The notes under the pieces are model-generated. The model made no database searches, was not told where the DNA came from, and was given only the letters and a program-made list of their open reading frames with translations. Of a stretch of DNA of 64,000 nucleotides, positions 1 to 13,475 are shown piece after piece (position 1 is the first letter of the stretch; each line of letters starts with the position of its first letter). Origin of the DNA: Octopus bimaculoides (taxonomy: Eukaryota). Location: assembly GCF_001194135.2 (NCBI RefSeq), contig NC_068983.1, positions 49,010,054 to 49,074,053 of the forward strand. The letters are read 5' to 3'. Both the position numbers and the translations under genes were made by a program.

Positions 1-634
1 TATATATATATATATACATAGATAGATAGATAGATAGATAGATAAAACTTACTTGGAAAAGGATGCGTGGCGTTCGATCATATAATAATATAAATAATAT
101 ATAAATATATGCATATATCCATACATATATGTACATACATACATCTATATGTATACATACAAGCATATATGGGTACAATACATAAAAAAAAAAACGTTAA
201 ACACAATGAGAAACGAAAACATAAAAACGGAACCCTAGAAATCGAAATCTTTTCGAACAACGAAAAAAATAAACAGAGAAACAAGACATGCAACATAATG
301 AAGATACCCCTTCTTCAGTTTCATCTAATCCGCGTTTCGAAGACAAGGACAATACGCGACTCCGTTGAAACAGTCCTTCCCGCAAAGCAAATTAAATAAA
401 ATTTGGGATTTTTTGCGGAGGGTGAAAGTGTTAACAAGAACAGGACAGTGAGGACAAGACAGTAAAAACAAACGGTGAGGGCTGTTGAGCCAAGACGATA
501 GAAAAAAATATTATGAACGCTAGGTATACGAGCAATGAGGAGACAGGAAAGGCACGTCTTTTCTTTAGGGAGGAAGTGCACAGAAAGAACGATCCCCTTT
601 CGTCACGTGTCAGCGACGAGAGAGTCAAGGAGGA

Positions 635-670
<36 letters not shown>

Positions 671-1209
671 GTGAAAGGGGGAAAAGAACAGAAAGGAGGA
701 AGAACAAGAGAGGGAGATAGACAGACAGAGAAGACATAGTAGAAGAGTGCGCATACATAGTAGAAGAGTCCATATATCTACAGGTGAATGTATTTTTGTA
801 TAGGTATATGCATGTGTGAGTATCGTCGACAACCACATAGGTAGAAGAGATTCAATGAAGCAGAGGATTCTAACTTGTCCCAGTTCGGGCATTCTTTGTA
901 AGGTCTGTATGCTCTTTCTACCACAACCACTTAACAAAGTGTACACGTTGCGATTATTCCTTGCATGGAAACAGTGCTAAGCTGCTCTTAAATAATTGTA
1001 TCTTACTCACAATAAAGTACACACTAACACACGCACGCGCAATAAGATTTGCAGGGCAATAAATGCAATGTTTTCTAATAGTAATCTTATTTTAAGCTGA
1101 ATATGTATTCCATTGGCGCCTTTTACCATCTTTTCACATGGAATTGCTTATAATTCACGAGCTTGAGAAAAATACCATCTGTCACATTCCCTAAAAAATA
1201 TCAAATATT

Positions 1210-1395
1210 TCGGAGATGTACTTGCATAGCAAGTAACCTGATCTGAGATCCTGTGCTGGAATGAAAACAGTTGCAGCGTGGAAGGTGTTTATAAGCCATT
1301 TCAAAACACACAAAAACCGTTATATTCACTTCAACATTTAAGTTTAATTTGCCAAAATATTTTCGTCGCTTTGAGACCACGACCTGTTTACAACC
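1210..1395. mobile_element. Interspersed repeat copy (second copy at 14656-14755); degenerate hammerhead-like stem+GAAA on minus strand
   Basis: cggagatgtacttgcatagcaagt(a/g)acctgatc...gcagcgtg(g/c)aaggtgtttataag recurs at 14656-14740 in the same orientation. Confidence 0.7.
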
Positions 1396-1693
1396 CAAGG
1401 AAGCGCGCGGCTCTGTAGCATTAATATGTAAGGTAGAAATAGTTATTGAACATATATACGTATACAACTTATGGTAAATTTTTGAACGAAACATGTATCT
1501 CTAATAAAATAATTTTCTGATACAAACAGGCATAATCACACAATCTTCCACTCACATCATACTAATTACACAAACTGACACCCATAAGGGTTTATAAAGA
1601 AAGTGTTTAACTCGGGAAGTATTAGAGTTAATTAAAATATCTTGCTCACTATATTGTACTTCTGGAAGACGCTTCCAGAAATCGCAGAAAGTA

Positions 1694-2420
1694 ATGGGCC
1701 ATCCCATAATGCATTTTTTAACACTTCTTTTCTTTTTCAAAATTAAGATATATAAAGTTCTTTTTTAATCTAAAATATACACTCCTTCATTTTCTACAAT
1801 GCTCTTCCTTCTATCTGGTAGACTTGCAAGGACCTTCTTCAAACATTCATCTGCCCGTAACGAAAAATACTCTCCCGTACTATTCTGACTTCGTCTAGAG
1901 AATCTATATTTTTTCCATTCAAATGATGTTGAGGACTGTGGAATAAATGATAATCAGATAAGACAATGTCCGGCGAATATGGTGTGTGGTCATCGTTTCC
2001 TATTCAAACTACGCCAGTTTTTGGAATGTCATCCTCGGCTGTATGTGGCCGAGCATTATCCTGATGGAAGAACACCTTTCGTCTTGAAACCAAAGATGGT
2101 CGTTTTTCTTCTAGCACTGACTTGACTGACTGGTTGTGTGACTAAATCCGAGCTTTTCTCCTAGTTCCTCAACAGTTGCGATGGGATGGGTTTTTGCTCC
2201 ACAGGACGTGCTCTGCATATCTTCCAGGATGATGCTCAACTTCTAGGCTCTAGTTTTCGTCTCGGAATTTCTGGAACCACAGTTGAGACTGACTTACGCT
2301 TAGTGTCCGATCCCCATATACTATATTAATATTCTTCGCCCTTTCCGTTGCGTTGCGTTGTTGGGTTTATTGAACTCATGAAGCAAGATACGCCGAATAT
2401 GCTGCTTTGTCACTTCCATT
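1694..2420 (-). mobile_element. Decayed, internally deleted mariner transposon
   Basis: Minus-strand translation gives N-terminal MEVTKQHIRRILLHEFNK and C-terminal FFHQDNARPHTA and PYSPD..SDYHLF; left end TA-atgggccatcccataa resembles a terminal inverted repeat (TIR); central part missing. Confidence 0.85.
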
Positions 2421-2423
2421 ATA

Positions 2424-2490
2424 GCAGCGTTACTCAACCGGTGTTCCCCGGAATCCTAGGGTTCCGCAAAAGGTTCCTAGGGGCTCCACG
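2424..2490 (+). mobile_element. hAT-like non-autonomous element terminus
   Basis: cagcgttactcaaccggtgttcc...ggttccgcaaaa resembles CAGTGTTTCTCAACC-type hAT ends (recalled). Confidence 0.4.
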
Positions 2491-2598
2491 AGAAAAAGTA
2501 AGATAAGCTAATGTTAATTTCATGATCGTAATATTACTATACATACACAACATATTATTGGTTATTGTAATATTGTAATATTACAATATATATACCAT

Positions 2599-2633
<35 letters not shown>

Positions 2634-2671
2634 ATACATATACATACACACACACACACATATATATATAT

Positions 2672-3608
2672 NNNNNNNNNNNNNNNNNNNNNNNNNNNNN
2701 NNNNNNNNNNNNNNNNNNNNNNNNNNNNNNNNNNNNNNNNNNNNNNNNNNNNNNNNNNNNNNNNNNNNNNNNNNNNNNNNNNNNNNNNNNNNNNNNNNNN
2801 NNNNNNNNNNNNNNNNNNNNNNNNNNNNNNNNNNNNNNNNNNNNNNNNNNNNNNNNNNNNNNNNNNNNNNNNNNNNNNNNNNNNNNNNNNNNNNNNNNNN
2901 NNNNNNNNNNNNNNNNNNNNNNNNNNNNNNNNNNNNNNNNNNNNNNNNNNNNNNNNNNNNNNNNNNNNNNNNNNNNNNNNNNNNNNNNNNNNNNNNNNNN
3001 NNNNNNNNNNNNNNNNNNNNNNNNNNNNNNNNNNNNNNNNNNNNNNNNNNNNNNNNNNNNNNNNNNNNNNNNNNNNNNNNNNNNNNNNNNNNNNNNNNNN
3101 NNNNNNNNNNNNNNNNNNNNNNNNNNNNNNNNNNNNNNNNNNNNNNNNNNNNNNNNNNNNNNNNNNNNNNNNNNNNNNNNNNNNNNNNNNNNNNNNNNNN
3201 NNNNNNNNNNNNNNNNNNNNNNNNNNNNNNNNNNNNNNNNNNNNNNNNNNNNNNNNNNNNNNNNNNNNNNNNNNNNNNNNNNNNNNNNNNNNNNNNNNNN
3301 NNNNNNNNNNNNNNNNNNNNNNNNNNNNNNNNNNNNNNNNNNNNNNNNNNNNNNNNNNNNNNNNNNNNNNNNNNNNNNNNNNNNNNNNNNNNNNNNNNNN
3401 NNNNNNNNNNNNNNNNNNNNNNNNNNNNNNNNNNNNNNNNNNNNNNNNNNNNNNNNNNNNNNNNNNNNNNNNNNNNNNNNNNNNNNNNNNNNNNNNNNNN
3501 NNNNNNNNNNNNNNNNNNNNNNNNNNNNNNNNNNNNNNNNNNNNNNNNNNNNNNNNNNNNNNNNNNNNNNNNNNNNNNNNNNNNNNNNNNNNNNNNNNNN
3601 NNNNNNNN
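2672..3608. other. Assembly gap (other gaps: 8085-8286, 10480-10633, 14349-14605, 24284-24454, 29972-30332, 33569-33677, 39916-40258, 40957-41309, 50566-50575)
   Basis: N runs, mostly bordered by (TA)n. Confidence 0.99.
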
Positions 3609-4406
3609 ATATATATATATATAGCAGTGTTTAATTATGCAGGATATTACAATATGTATCGTTAACATGCAAAATATTTTGAAATAAAAACCTTCAAGAA
3701 TAAAGTATCAAGCTATCACTTTCAATATTGCATTTCCCTGAATGAGTAGTTCTAAGGCATCAGCTGTGTGGTTTTACAGTTTGCAGTGGCATTATACGCT
3801 TCATGTGCTCCTAATACAAACACGCATAACAAACACAGACATGGAACAAAAATAAAAGGAAAAAAGAAAATTGAAACTGCTTCTTAATGCAAATGAGGGA
3901 GAAAAGCAACAGATAAAGATAAATTGCTAAAGAAGTATGTCGCATCGGTGTAATAAATAAACAAAAGCTACGATAAGATTCTAACTACAAATGCTAAAAA
4001 TGCAATGATTATTCTTGTTCGAAATTTTCTGAATAGTAAGATTTTGAAAGAATCCTATAAATGTTAATTAAGGCAAAGTGAAAATTGAAACTAAGATACC
4101 ACTTTTAGAAGAAATTAACAAACAAAATAAAACAAGATTATTAAGTTGTAAAATTCAAAATTTAATTAGAAAAGTAGAAAACTATATATTTTACAGAGAG
4201 CAGCTCACAGACACACGCGCGTATGCATAAAAGGCCGATGCGTTCTCATCGCCTCATACACAAGTGTATGAACGTGCAAATACGTAAGGATGCATACACA
4301 ATAGAGAATCCATATTGGAACGCGCTGTTCTGTGGACATCAGACTTCTACATACAAAAGTAACGCACATGTACACGCACACACACACACACACACATAAT
4401 GAAAAA

Positions 4407-4449
<43 letters not shown>

Positions 4450-5509
4450 GTACATACATATATACATTCACTGACACATACGTATTATACAAAGAGAGAA
4501 AGAAAGCGAGAGAGAGAGAGACAACGAAATAAATATATATGTAAATGTTAGTGCATTCTTGAATGTGTAAGTTTATACATGTATGTGTGTGTGTGTGTAT
4601 ATGTGTATGGATCTGTGCATGTGTGTCCATCTGTGTGTATGCGTTCATGATTATTCGTGTGTTTTCATGTGTGTGTGTATGTGTGCGTGTGTTGCGAATC
4701 TTCTATTGCGTAATTAATTAATGAGTTAAAATTAAAATTAAAATCACACAAAAGCAAAACATATATAATGATAATTAAATCATGTTGAATAGCTTTACTC
4801 TACAACAGAATATGGAAACAAAAGCTGCTTGATAATATTTTTGTAATGAATAAGTTAATACTGTAATGAATAAGTTAATAATGAATAATGACTCTAAACA
4901 TCGAGTTGTGAAACTATAGAGTCATAGTTCAGTCAAGAACTTTTATTATATATATCTCAAAAATATGTAAACTTACATATGTAAAAGTGAAAAAAATTGA
5001 AAAAAGCCAACCTGCAGGCCGTTATATTATAATGAAGTCTTCTGATGCTAAAGCCATATTACTCATAGGCAAAACATTTCGTGTATATATTTGCACAACC
5101 AAATACACGGAGACACACACACAAAGAGACGCACTCAATGTATGTATGCATGTATGTACGCATGTATGTATGTATGTATGTATGTATGTATGTATGTATG
5201 TACCAAACTATCTACTTATATACATGTGTGTGTCTGTGGGTGTATGTGTGTGTGTGTGTGTGTCAGCTGTGTGTCTGTGTGTATGTATATATGATGTATA
5301 TATGTGCAAATATAAAATTATATTTGTCTGTTCGTTTATTCATGTGTGTGTGTGTACATTTGTGTATGTATGTGTGTGTATATATGTGTGTGTTCCAAAC
5401 TATCTACATATATATATGTATATATCGATGTGTATGTATGGTGCATATATATGTACAGATAAATAATTATATATCTGTTTGTTTATACATGTGTGTGTAT
5501 ATGTGTGTG

Positions 5510-5562
<53 letters not shown>

Positions 5563-5580
5563 GCAACCATATTTATATTT

Positions 5581-5900
5581 CTAGCAATTGTAATTACTAT
5601 TTTGCATTCTTATGTCTAAATATTTGTAGCATTTTTTCGGTTGAACAGGAGAGATAGTGAGACCTTTGCTCCACAGGTTTTGAACGTGGGGCTCTGACTT
5701 TACATGTTCAACAATAAAATACCAACATTTGTTTCGGTCAAATTTCATTCCAATGTCAGCTGAAAATGTTAGGTCCTGTTGTATTTTTTGCATCGTTAAT
5801 ATTCGTAGTCCAAATCATCAGTTTATCCACAAAAAATTACGGATTACATTAATATCTCCAGCAGCTGCAGACCCTAGTATGTAACCATACAAGGGTCCTA
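5581..5900 (-). mobile_element. R4/Dong-type non-LTR reverse transcriptase fragment
   Basis: FSADIGMKFDRNKC...YKYLDI matches the R2/R4-class RT motif FS.DIGM.FG..KC...YKYLG. Confidence 0.75.
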
Positions 5901-6438
5901 TTTTCTTACTTCAGATAGTAAAAATTTGTCCATAAATTATTTTTACGGCTTACTCCAACACAGGACTTTTTCTATTTTATTATATACATATACATACATG
6001 TATTCCAAAAATTTAACAAAAACACAACAATCGGAAATTCCGTAGCTTATTTCTCATTGGTCAACGTCGAAAAAAAACCCATGATAATTACGCACCTTTA
6101 ACGACGATATTCTTCCCTTTTGGTAATGCCAGCAGCGAGAAATAACTGGGAATAGCTAAATAACGTACAAGACAATGACGATAAAAACACGACAAAGTAA
6201 GATAATTATACATATACCAGGGAAAATGGCCGTGTGTCAGCAAGGCGAGAAAAGTTTGGCGTATCGCAAGGAAAAATGAAAATGTCCTGTAGCACTGGAA
6301 ACGGGAAGGAGACAAATTGAAAATCAGGACAGTTGAAAACAAACCGTGTAGACAAAAGTGTAGGAGTAGAGAGAAATATGAGTAACCGAGTCAACTGTCA
6401 GGCGAAAAAGAAATGACCTCGGTGTGATTTAAATTCAT

Positions 6439-6609
6439 GGCGCAGGAGTAGCTATGTGGTAAGTAGCTTGCTTACTAACCACATGGTTCCAGGTACAGTC
6501 CCACTGCGTGGCAACTTGGGCAAGTCTCTTATACTATAGCCTCGGGCCGACCAAATCCTTGTGAGTGGATTTCGTAGACGGAAACTGAAAAAAGCCCATC
6601 GTATATACG

Positions 6610-6695
<86 letters not shown>

Positions 6696-6870
6696 TTTGT
6701 GTGTCTGTGATTGTCCTCCCAACATCGCTTGACAACCGATGCTGGTTCGGCACAAGAGACCGATAGAATAAGTACTAGGCTTACAAGGAATAAGTCCTAG
6801 GGTCGATTTGCTCGGCTAAAGGTGGTGCTCCAGCATGGCCTCAGTCAAATGACCGAAACAAGTAAAAGAG
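6439..6870 (+). mobile_element. tRNA-derived CORE-type SINE (OR-like) with internal (TA)n(TG)n
   Basis: A/B-box-like head, CORE-like aacttgggcaagt, tail ccagcatggcctcagtcaaatgaccgaaacaagtaaaagag; near-identical copies at 31461 and 45418. Confidence 0.9.
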
Positions 6871-9079
6871 TAAAGGTGTAAAAGAGTAAGTAAGTCAGCT
6901 GTTAAAAATGCCCTTAAACGATTAATTAATGACGAAGCGTCAAAAACACAGATACTGAAATTATGCTATACATTACTGTGCTAGCTTAATCCATGAGTGC
7001 TTCATAGACCTCAAGTTCTGTACTAGGGGGTGGGAAAGAAACAAAATGTGTCTTCTTTCAAGAATGGTCAACTAGCCGTGAAACGTTCCGCCGTAGGTAC
7101 CACTTATATTGTGTTATTCAGTTTTTCCCTTATTTTGTGCGTACATATATTACTTTTCAAGTTTAAATTGTATATTTCAGAATATAAAAAAAAGGATTGT
7201 AGCTAATTTTATGTCAGAAATTTTCAATGTATACTGACCAAAACCCTATGAGTTATTAACGTCGGATGAAATAAGTACCACGCTTAAAAATAATAATAAG
7301 TACTAGGTTCGACTCGTTAGATTAAAATCTTCACGGCAGTGCCCCATTATGGCCGCGATACATTGAGTGAAACAGATAAAAGGCGAAAGATAACAGATCT
7401 GCTCATTAACGCCAATCTCAATGCTTAACACACATCGAATAAAACGCAAATAATCTTGCAAGCCGCAGTATCTATGGTCTTCTGACAGGCGTAAGAGAAC
7501 ATTTCTAATACAACCAGAAGGCTAATGTCCTCTATTCTCGTGAGTGGAAAAGATTAATTAAATCATAATCAATATTGCATAGAAATTTACTTTTAACAAC
7601 CATAATTTAACGATATCCAACATAGGATCATGGACTATTTTTTAAATATTATTTTTGAAATGTTTGTAGCAAAACTACATTCGTTCTCTCGTTTATGATA
7701 AACTACGAAAGAACAAAGGTAAAATCGACCGCGGAGGAGTCAGATATTTTAATAATCTTCCGTATGAGCTCATCCACAAACGTGCAAGAGGACACGATGT
7801 GTACAGAAGTAAATTTTGCTAACACTCAGTGTGATATCGACTTCAATGACCTTAATATAATAATTTTTGAAATCGAATACAATGTAATTTGGATTTAGAG
7901 AAGTCAAACAAATGAAACCACATTCGGACACGTCCAGACAGGAGACGCCACAAATCGCTTAACACGGAGGAGAATTTGTATACCACTGTAAGCGCAAAAA
8001 TGAATGTAAATTGAAAATGCAAAAAATATCGCCACACACACAAACGCCAAAGGTACACAGAATTATATATATATATATATATATNNNNNNNNNNNNNNNN
8101 NNNNNNNNNNNNNNNNNNNNNNNNNNNNNNNNNNNNNNNNNNNNNNNNNNNNNNNNNNNNNNNNNNNNNNNNNNNNNNNNNNNNNNNNNNNNNNNNNNNN
8201 NNNNNNNNNNNNNNNNNNNNNNNNNNNNNNNNNNNNNNNNNNNNNNNNNNNNNNNNNNNNNNNNNNNNNNNNNNNNNNNNNNNNNNTATATATATATATA
8301 TATATTTATATGTGTGTGTATTTGTAGGTGTGTGCAGATGTGTGTGTTTCAGACCGGAAAATAGATACAATATCCAACAATGTATTGGAAACATTACAAG
8401 CTTTAAACTTAAATTTATTCGGAGATACCAAAATTAGAGTTCAAAAGATGACAATGGAATACATCTGAATTATTGCCTGTTTATTATGTAATTCCAAATC
8501 ATCTTACGATATTGCGTGGTAAAGCCAGGTATGAAATTTAATCATCGTATTAAAACGAAACGTATCTAACATCAGCGCTTACTTATTTTCTATGATGTAA
8601 AGTTCAATGAACTTGTTTAATATTTGTCAATGATTTCTTCATATCGATATTATGTTCTATCACATGATGCATCAACTTCTAAACGAAAATTAAAAGCATC
8701 GATCTTGATATTAAATAAGCTATTTCTGTCGCTATCAATTTTATCTTTATTTGTTGCTGATTTATATATCTCTACAGTGAAAGTAAGAAGTTGTATTTTT
8801 TATATAAATGTTTTTTCATTATGTGCAATCTTTGTATTTTTTGGCAACGATATCATTTGCATTCATATGCACCGCACATATACACAAGCATACGCAATCA
8901 TTCACTCACTTACGCGCACACACACACATATATACGTCTGTGTGTTCTATTTACATTTACGGGTTGGAATTTGATTCTTCACCCGCCTGTAGTTAAATAA
9001 TTAAACATAGTCAGTCTCTTTAAGCAAATATGTACGCATATGTATGTTATATATATAGACGTGTGTGTATGTGTATATG

Positions 9080-9081
<2 letters not shown>

Positions 9082-9144
<63 letters not shown>
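9082..9144. repeat. (GATA)n microsatellite
   Basis: Direct reading. Confidence 0.95.
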
Positions 9145-9376
9145 GTGCGCATATATATGTTTATATATACAAACATATGTTGAGAATGCGGCGTAAGAAA
9201 GAGAGAGTGAGAGACATCTTTGAGCCCGTGTGCGCGTGTGTATGTGCTCGTGTGTTGTGTATCTGCGCGCGTGTTTGTGTGTGTGAGTGTCTGTGTGTGC
9301 GTATAGATACATTTGCATGTGCATGCATTAGTATTACTTATGCAAAAGAAAATATATTTGCCGTATTCATGTATAG

Positions 9377-10200
9377 TACGGTGCAAAAGTCTTCGGCCAC
9401 CTTAAACTATTGTAAATCTCTACTAAATAGCAACCTTTAAGTTGATTGGCCCTGTTGGAGTCATTTCCATACTGAATCGTTATATTTTATATAGGGCTTC
9501 TGCATGAAAGGGGAAGATGCAAGACGACGATCAAAAATAGCCGTGCAAAAGTTTTCGGCCACCGCATAAACCAATCAAGATACAGCGTTTTAAAACAGAA
9601 AAATGTTTATAATGAAAATTTATTACATAATGTTCATTTCAAGAAGTTACTGTACATTGTTAGTATTTCGTGTGGCTTCCCTTCACTTGAATAATTGCTT
9701 CAATGCGCCTGGAAAGAGATGCGTACAAATCCTTCACCATCTTCACAGGTATGAGATGCCATTCTCTGTGGTGGAGCTCCCACAACTCTTCAAGATTTTA
9801 TGGATTCTTTTGAAGAAATCGTCTCTGTTGCTCTCTCCATATTTTCGCGATGATGTTCAGTGTTCTGAGATGGAAAATCTTTTAATATGGTAATTTTTCA
9901 TCAACCAGATTCTGTTGTGTTGCATGCGATATGTGGCATGGGGCTCTGTCATGCTGAAAAATCTCACCTTCATCCAAGTCTGGTATCAAATTGTTCGTCA
10001 GCAACTGAATTTATTTGCCACTATTCAAGTTACCGTCAATTTTAGCCAATTCTCTTGAACCATCACTTTTAATGTATCCCCAAATCATCAGACTCTTAGC
10101 CCCAAAGTTCGCTATTTTCTTTGTGTCACGTGTGTCGTTTCGCTTTCTGAGAAGCGAGGATCTGTCAGAGGGCTTCCAGGAAAGCGAAACGACCCACGTT
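9377..10200 (-). mobile_element. Decayed Tc1-type (DD34E) transposon, 3' part
   Basis: Minus strand: SLMIWGYI, IFQHDRAPCH, LYASLSRRIEAIIQVKGSHTKY; terminal motif gtgcaaaagt(c/t)ttcggccacc at about 9381 and 9543. Confidence 0.85.
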
Positions 10201-10796
10201 ATATGACGAAATCAGTGAAGTGTGAAGGTAAGAGTCTGACGCTCTGCGTATACATAAAAAGTAATGGTTCAAAATAGTTTCGAAAAGAAGAAAAGATAAT
10301 AGTTTTCTCTCCTTAACAAAGCAAAGAGAATCCGATCCATGTAAATTAACAATGAAAATTCTGTTTTTACCATTCTCACTTTGATTCTGTCTTGAGAAGT
10401 TTGATAAACGCGCAAAAGCGCTAATAAAGAATTATTCAAAATTCCCACTGCCTCCTTTTTCTCAATATATGTATGTATANNNNNNNNNNNNNNNNNNNNN
10501 NNNNNNNNNNNNNNNNNNNNNNNNNNNNNNNNNNNNNNNNNNNNNNNNNNNNNNNNNNNNNNNNNNNNNNNNNNNNNNNNNNNNNNNNNNNNNNNNNNNN
10601 NNNNNNNNNNNNNNNNNNNNNNNNNNNNNNNNNCAATTAATAGGAAATGAAAATTACATGTGTATATATATGTATATGTACACACACACACATACACATG
10701 CACCATATATATATATGTGTGCGTGCGTGTCTATAATTTTCATTCCGTATTAACTTTTATCTATTCGACTTATATCAAATATACGCGTACGCACGA

Positions 10797-10800
<4 letters not shown>

Positions 10801-10862
<62 letters not shown>
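10801..10862. repeat. (CT)n microsatellite
   Basis: Direct reading. Confidence 0.95.
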
Positions 10863-10863
<1 letters not shown>

Positions 10864-11789
10864 CACACACATACACGCACACAGCATCTTCATTTCAAAC
10901 ATACTAAACGCTTGTCATCTGATTCTATAATTCAACTAAGAAAATGCGAAATTATCTGATCTGTGGTTCCTCTAAGGCTCAAGGCATAATTTTGTATAAA
11001 ATTACATAAAATTGATGGACAATGAGACAGCTGATATGTTATAACTGAGAAGTTATACGAATTTTCCATGTCAGGAATACTTTTGATAATATCTAATCCA
11101 CAAGGAACGACCTAGGGCTAAAGCACAATAATAATCAAATAGTTTATTAAACTAATTTTAGTAACTAAATTTCATCAAACTTGTTTAATTAGCTACATCT
11201 ATTGGATGGTGGAGTTCATTAGCACAATTGTTTTCTAAAACTTTACGTTCTGGCTTTAGAATACAGATAACAAAAGCATTGACAATAGGCAACGCAAATG
11301 GTTTGAGAATTAGGAAGGATACAACGTAACTTTTCTATAGCCAGGCAAATACACTTTGATGAAAATATTGCGAATAATCAATCTCACATGCTTATTACTA
11401 CATTGTGTGGTCAGTTCCCCCTTTATAATTAAATTATTAATTAATACATTTCCTGGCGCCACATGGATTGTTTTTGTGAACGTTCAATACCGCATGTCAG
11501 TTTCCACGATTTCAATAAGAATTCCTTAGATTATAACACCTCTAATGAAATACGGTCGGGTGATGCATATTTAATGCAAGGAGCTGAAAGATTTTGAGAA
11601 ACTGCAATTATCCAAGCAAGTAGTTCGTAAAAACCTTCATATACTCAGGCTCTCTATATATGAACATATTCTTTTCCGGAGCCCTGTTTCCTAAGGAAAT
11701 TTTTCGCTGCATAAGTAATTCAAATACATATTACATAGGAGTAATCTGTTCCAAGCCAAACCCAAACTCCACGAAAGGAATGATGTTTT

Positions 11790-12120
11790 ATTTGTCCATC
11801 CATCAATCGATCGGGTATGCAGGCTCGTCCCTTTACAGCGCGTTTCATCATCCAACCTTTATAAATAGCTGCTCGGTTCGTCCCGTGCAACACTTCAAGC
11901 AGTGTCCCAGTTAACTCCCATCTCCGCGAGATTCTTCCACATTTGCTTTGGCCATGAAGCATGTAACCGACGAACACGAGCTGTCATTCAACTCAGATAC
12001 TTAGAGAAGAGAACGCGGTACGCATAATCCAAATCGGAAACTTGGAAGCCTGCGACCTTTGACAGTCACCTTTGAGCCCTTTCTCTCGTTGAATTTGCGT
12101 AAGACGAAGCTTCAGAGACG
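11790..12120 (-). mobile_element. RTE-clade LINE 3' fragment
   Basis: Minus strand ...FPDLDYAYRVL...RRLHASWPKQMWKNLAEMGVNWDTA resembles the RTE C-terminal GRP..SW motif region. Confidence 0.55.
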
Positions 12121-12148
12121 ACAAGACTTAGGCAGGTATTCCTGTATA

Positions 12149-12258
12149 TTCTTTTTTCTACTTTGGGCACAAGTCCCGACATTTTTGGGGAGGGTTCAGT
12201 CGATTAGATCAGCTCCCAGTACGCAACTGGAACTTAATTTATCGACCCCGAAAGGTTG
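12149..12258 (-). mobile_element. OK-like tRNA SINE, partial
   Basis: cttaatttatcgaccccgaaagg is the reverse complement of the family core. Confidence 0.75.
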
Positions 12259-13107
12259 AGGAATTCCTGAATATAGTATTGATACGTCGCTGAAAGTTTT
12301 GACAGAAATCTTTGTCAGAGCGCTTCAATTCTTCTGATGGAAAATATGTCCTGTTTTTGTGTACGGAAGTCCTCAACTGAGGTGTGCCTGAAGGAACTTA
12401 CTCTCTCAATCAACTCTCAACATTGAAGTTTGTTCAAGATTACTCCGCGTGCTCCAAATAGCAAAGAGATTTTCATTCCTCAAATCACACCACACATTCT
12501 TTATAAATAAAGGACAGTGAAGTCTGGGACACATTTTACCAGATATTTGTTTTAATAATAACTGAACAAGAGCTAAAGAACAGTAGTCAACTATATACTT
12601 GCATATACTTTGGTACCACCGTGTATGCCAGGATTAAACAACGACGTCGATACGACCGATAAGATAAACCTACTAAAAGAAGTTTAATAACGATTGTCAC
12701 TACTGTTTTGCTGTCCATGAGTGGGCACTAAGTCTATTAGATAAGTAATTAGGAAAATTATCATCCAACGACAATCTATTGATGATTATATAAGAGGGAT
12801 TACAGTATTTTTTGTGCGCTCCTTTTTTGGAGGTGATGAGTATCATAGTTATTTATGACTCATCATTAAGTTATCACCAACAACATCATCACCGTCCTCG
12901 AAACTTCCATCATCAATATTTCCAGTTATTAATACCATAATCAATATTGACAAAATAATCAACACAACTATAACATGTAATATTCTTTTTCATAATATTA
13001 CTGATAATACCAGTGCATTATTATTATTTCCATCATGTTTATTATTGGTGTAGTTGTAGTTGTTATCACAATTGCCATTAAAAATCATTATCATATTTGT
13101 TATTATT

Positions 13108-13475
13108 AGCTCTGCCTTAGCGAAGGCGGAGGTATTGTTTTTTCAGTCGTGTTTGTGTGTTTGTTTGTTTGACTGTGGACAAGATATCTCAAGAACCGCT
13201 CGATGGATTCGGATGAAACGTTCAGGGATGTTTGGATATGGCACGAACTGATTCAATTTTGGGGTCGGTCCGGTACCGGATAAGGATTCTGAACTATTTT
13301 TCTTTTTTTTTTTTTATTAATTTTTGAGCTCGGTCGGGTTCATTTTTAGTATTCTCGTTTGTGAGAGCAGTCAAGCTTATTTAAGACATTAGCATTTTAA
13401 AAATCATCTCCGGCTAATCGTTGAGAGGACGTTGGTATTGCCTTGGCGGACGTTTGTGCTCTCTGAGTACACTAA
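13108..13475 (+). mobile_element. HINE/DINE-like (Helentron-associated) non-autonomous element
   Basis: 5' hairpin ctctgcctt..aaggcggag, short (GTTT)n, 3' gccttggcggacgtttgtgctctctgagt; architecture recalled from HINE-type repeats. Confidence 0.55.

Noticed and set aside
47-81. Minus-strand ATG ATC GAA CGC CAC GCA TCC TTT TCC AA|GTAAGT, a possible first coding exon
   Set aside because: Strong donor, but only 9 codons in low-complexity context; no downstream exon in the window to test it
235-323. Minus-strand MKLKKGYLHYVACLVSLFIFFVVRKDFDF, signal-anchor-like
   Set aside because: Ends in a stop after 29 aa with no convincing donor
7850-7990. Good minus-strand acceptor (tttttgcgcttacAG)
   Set aside because: All frames close soon and there is no strong donor; a non-coding exon cannot be shown
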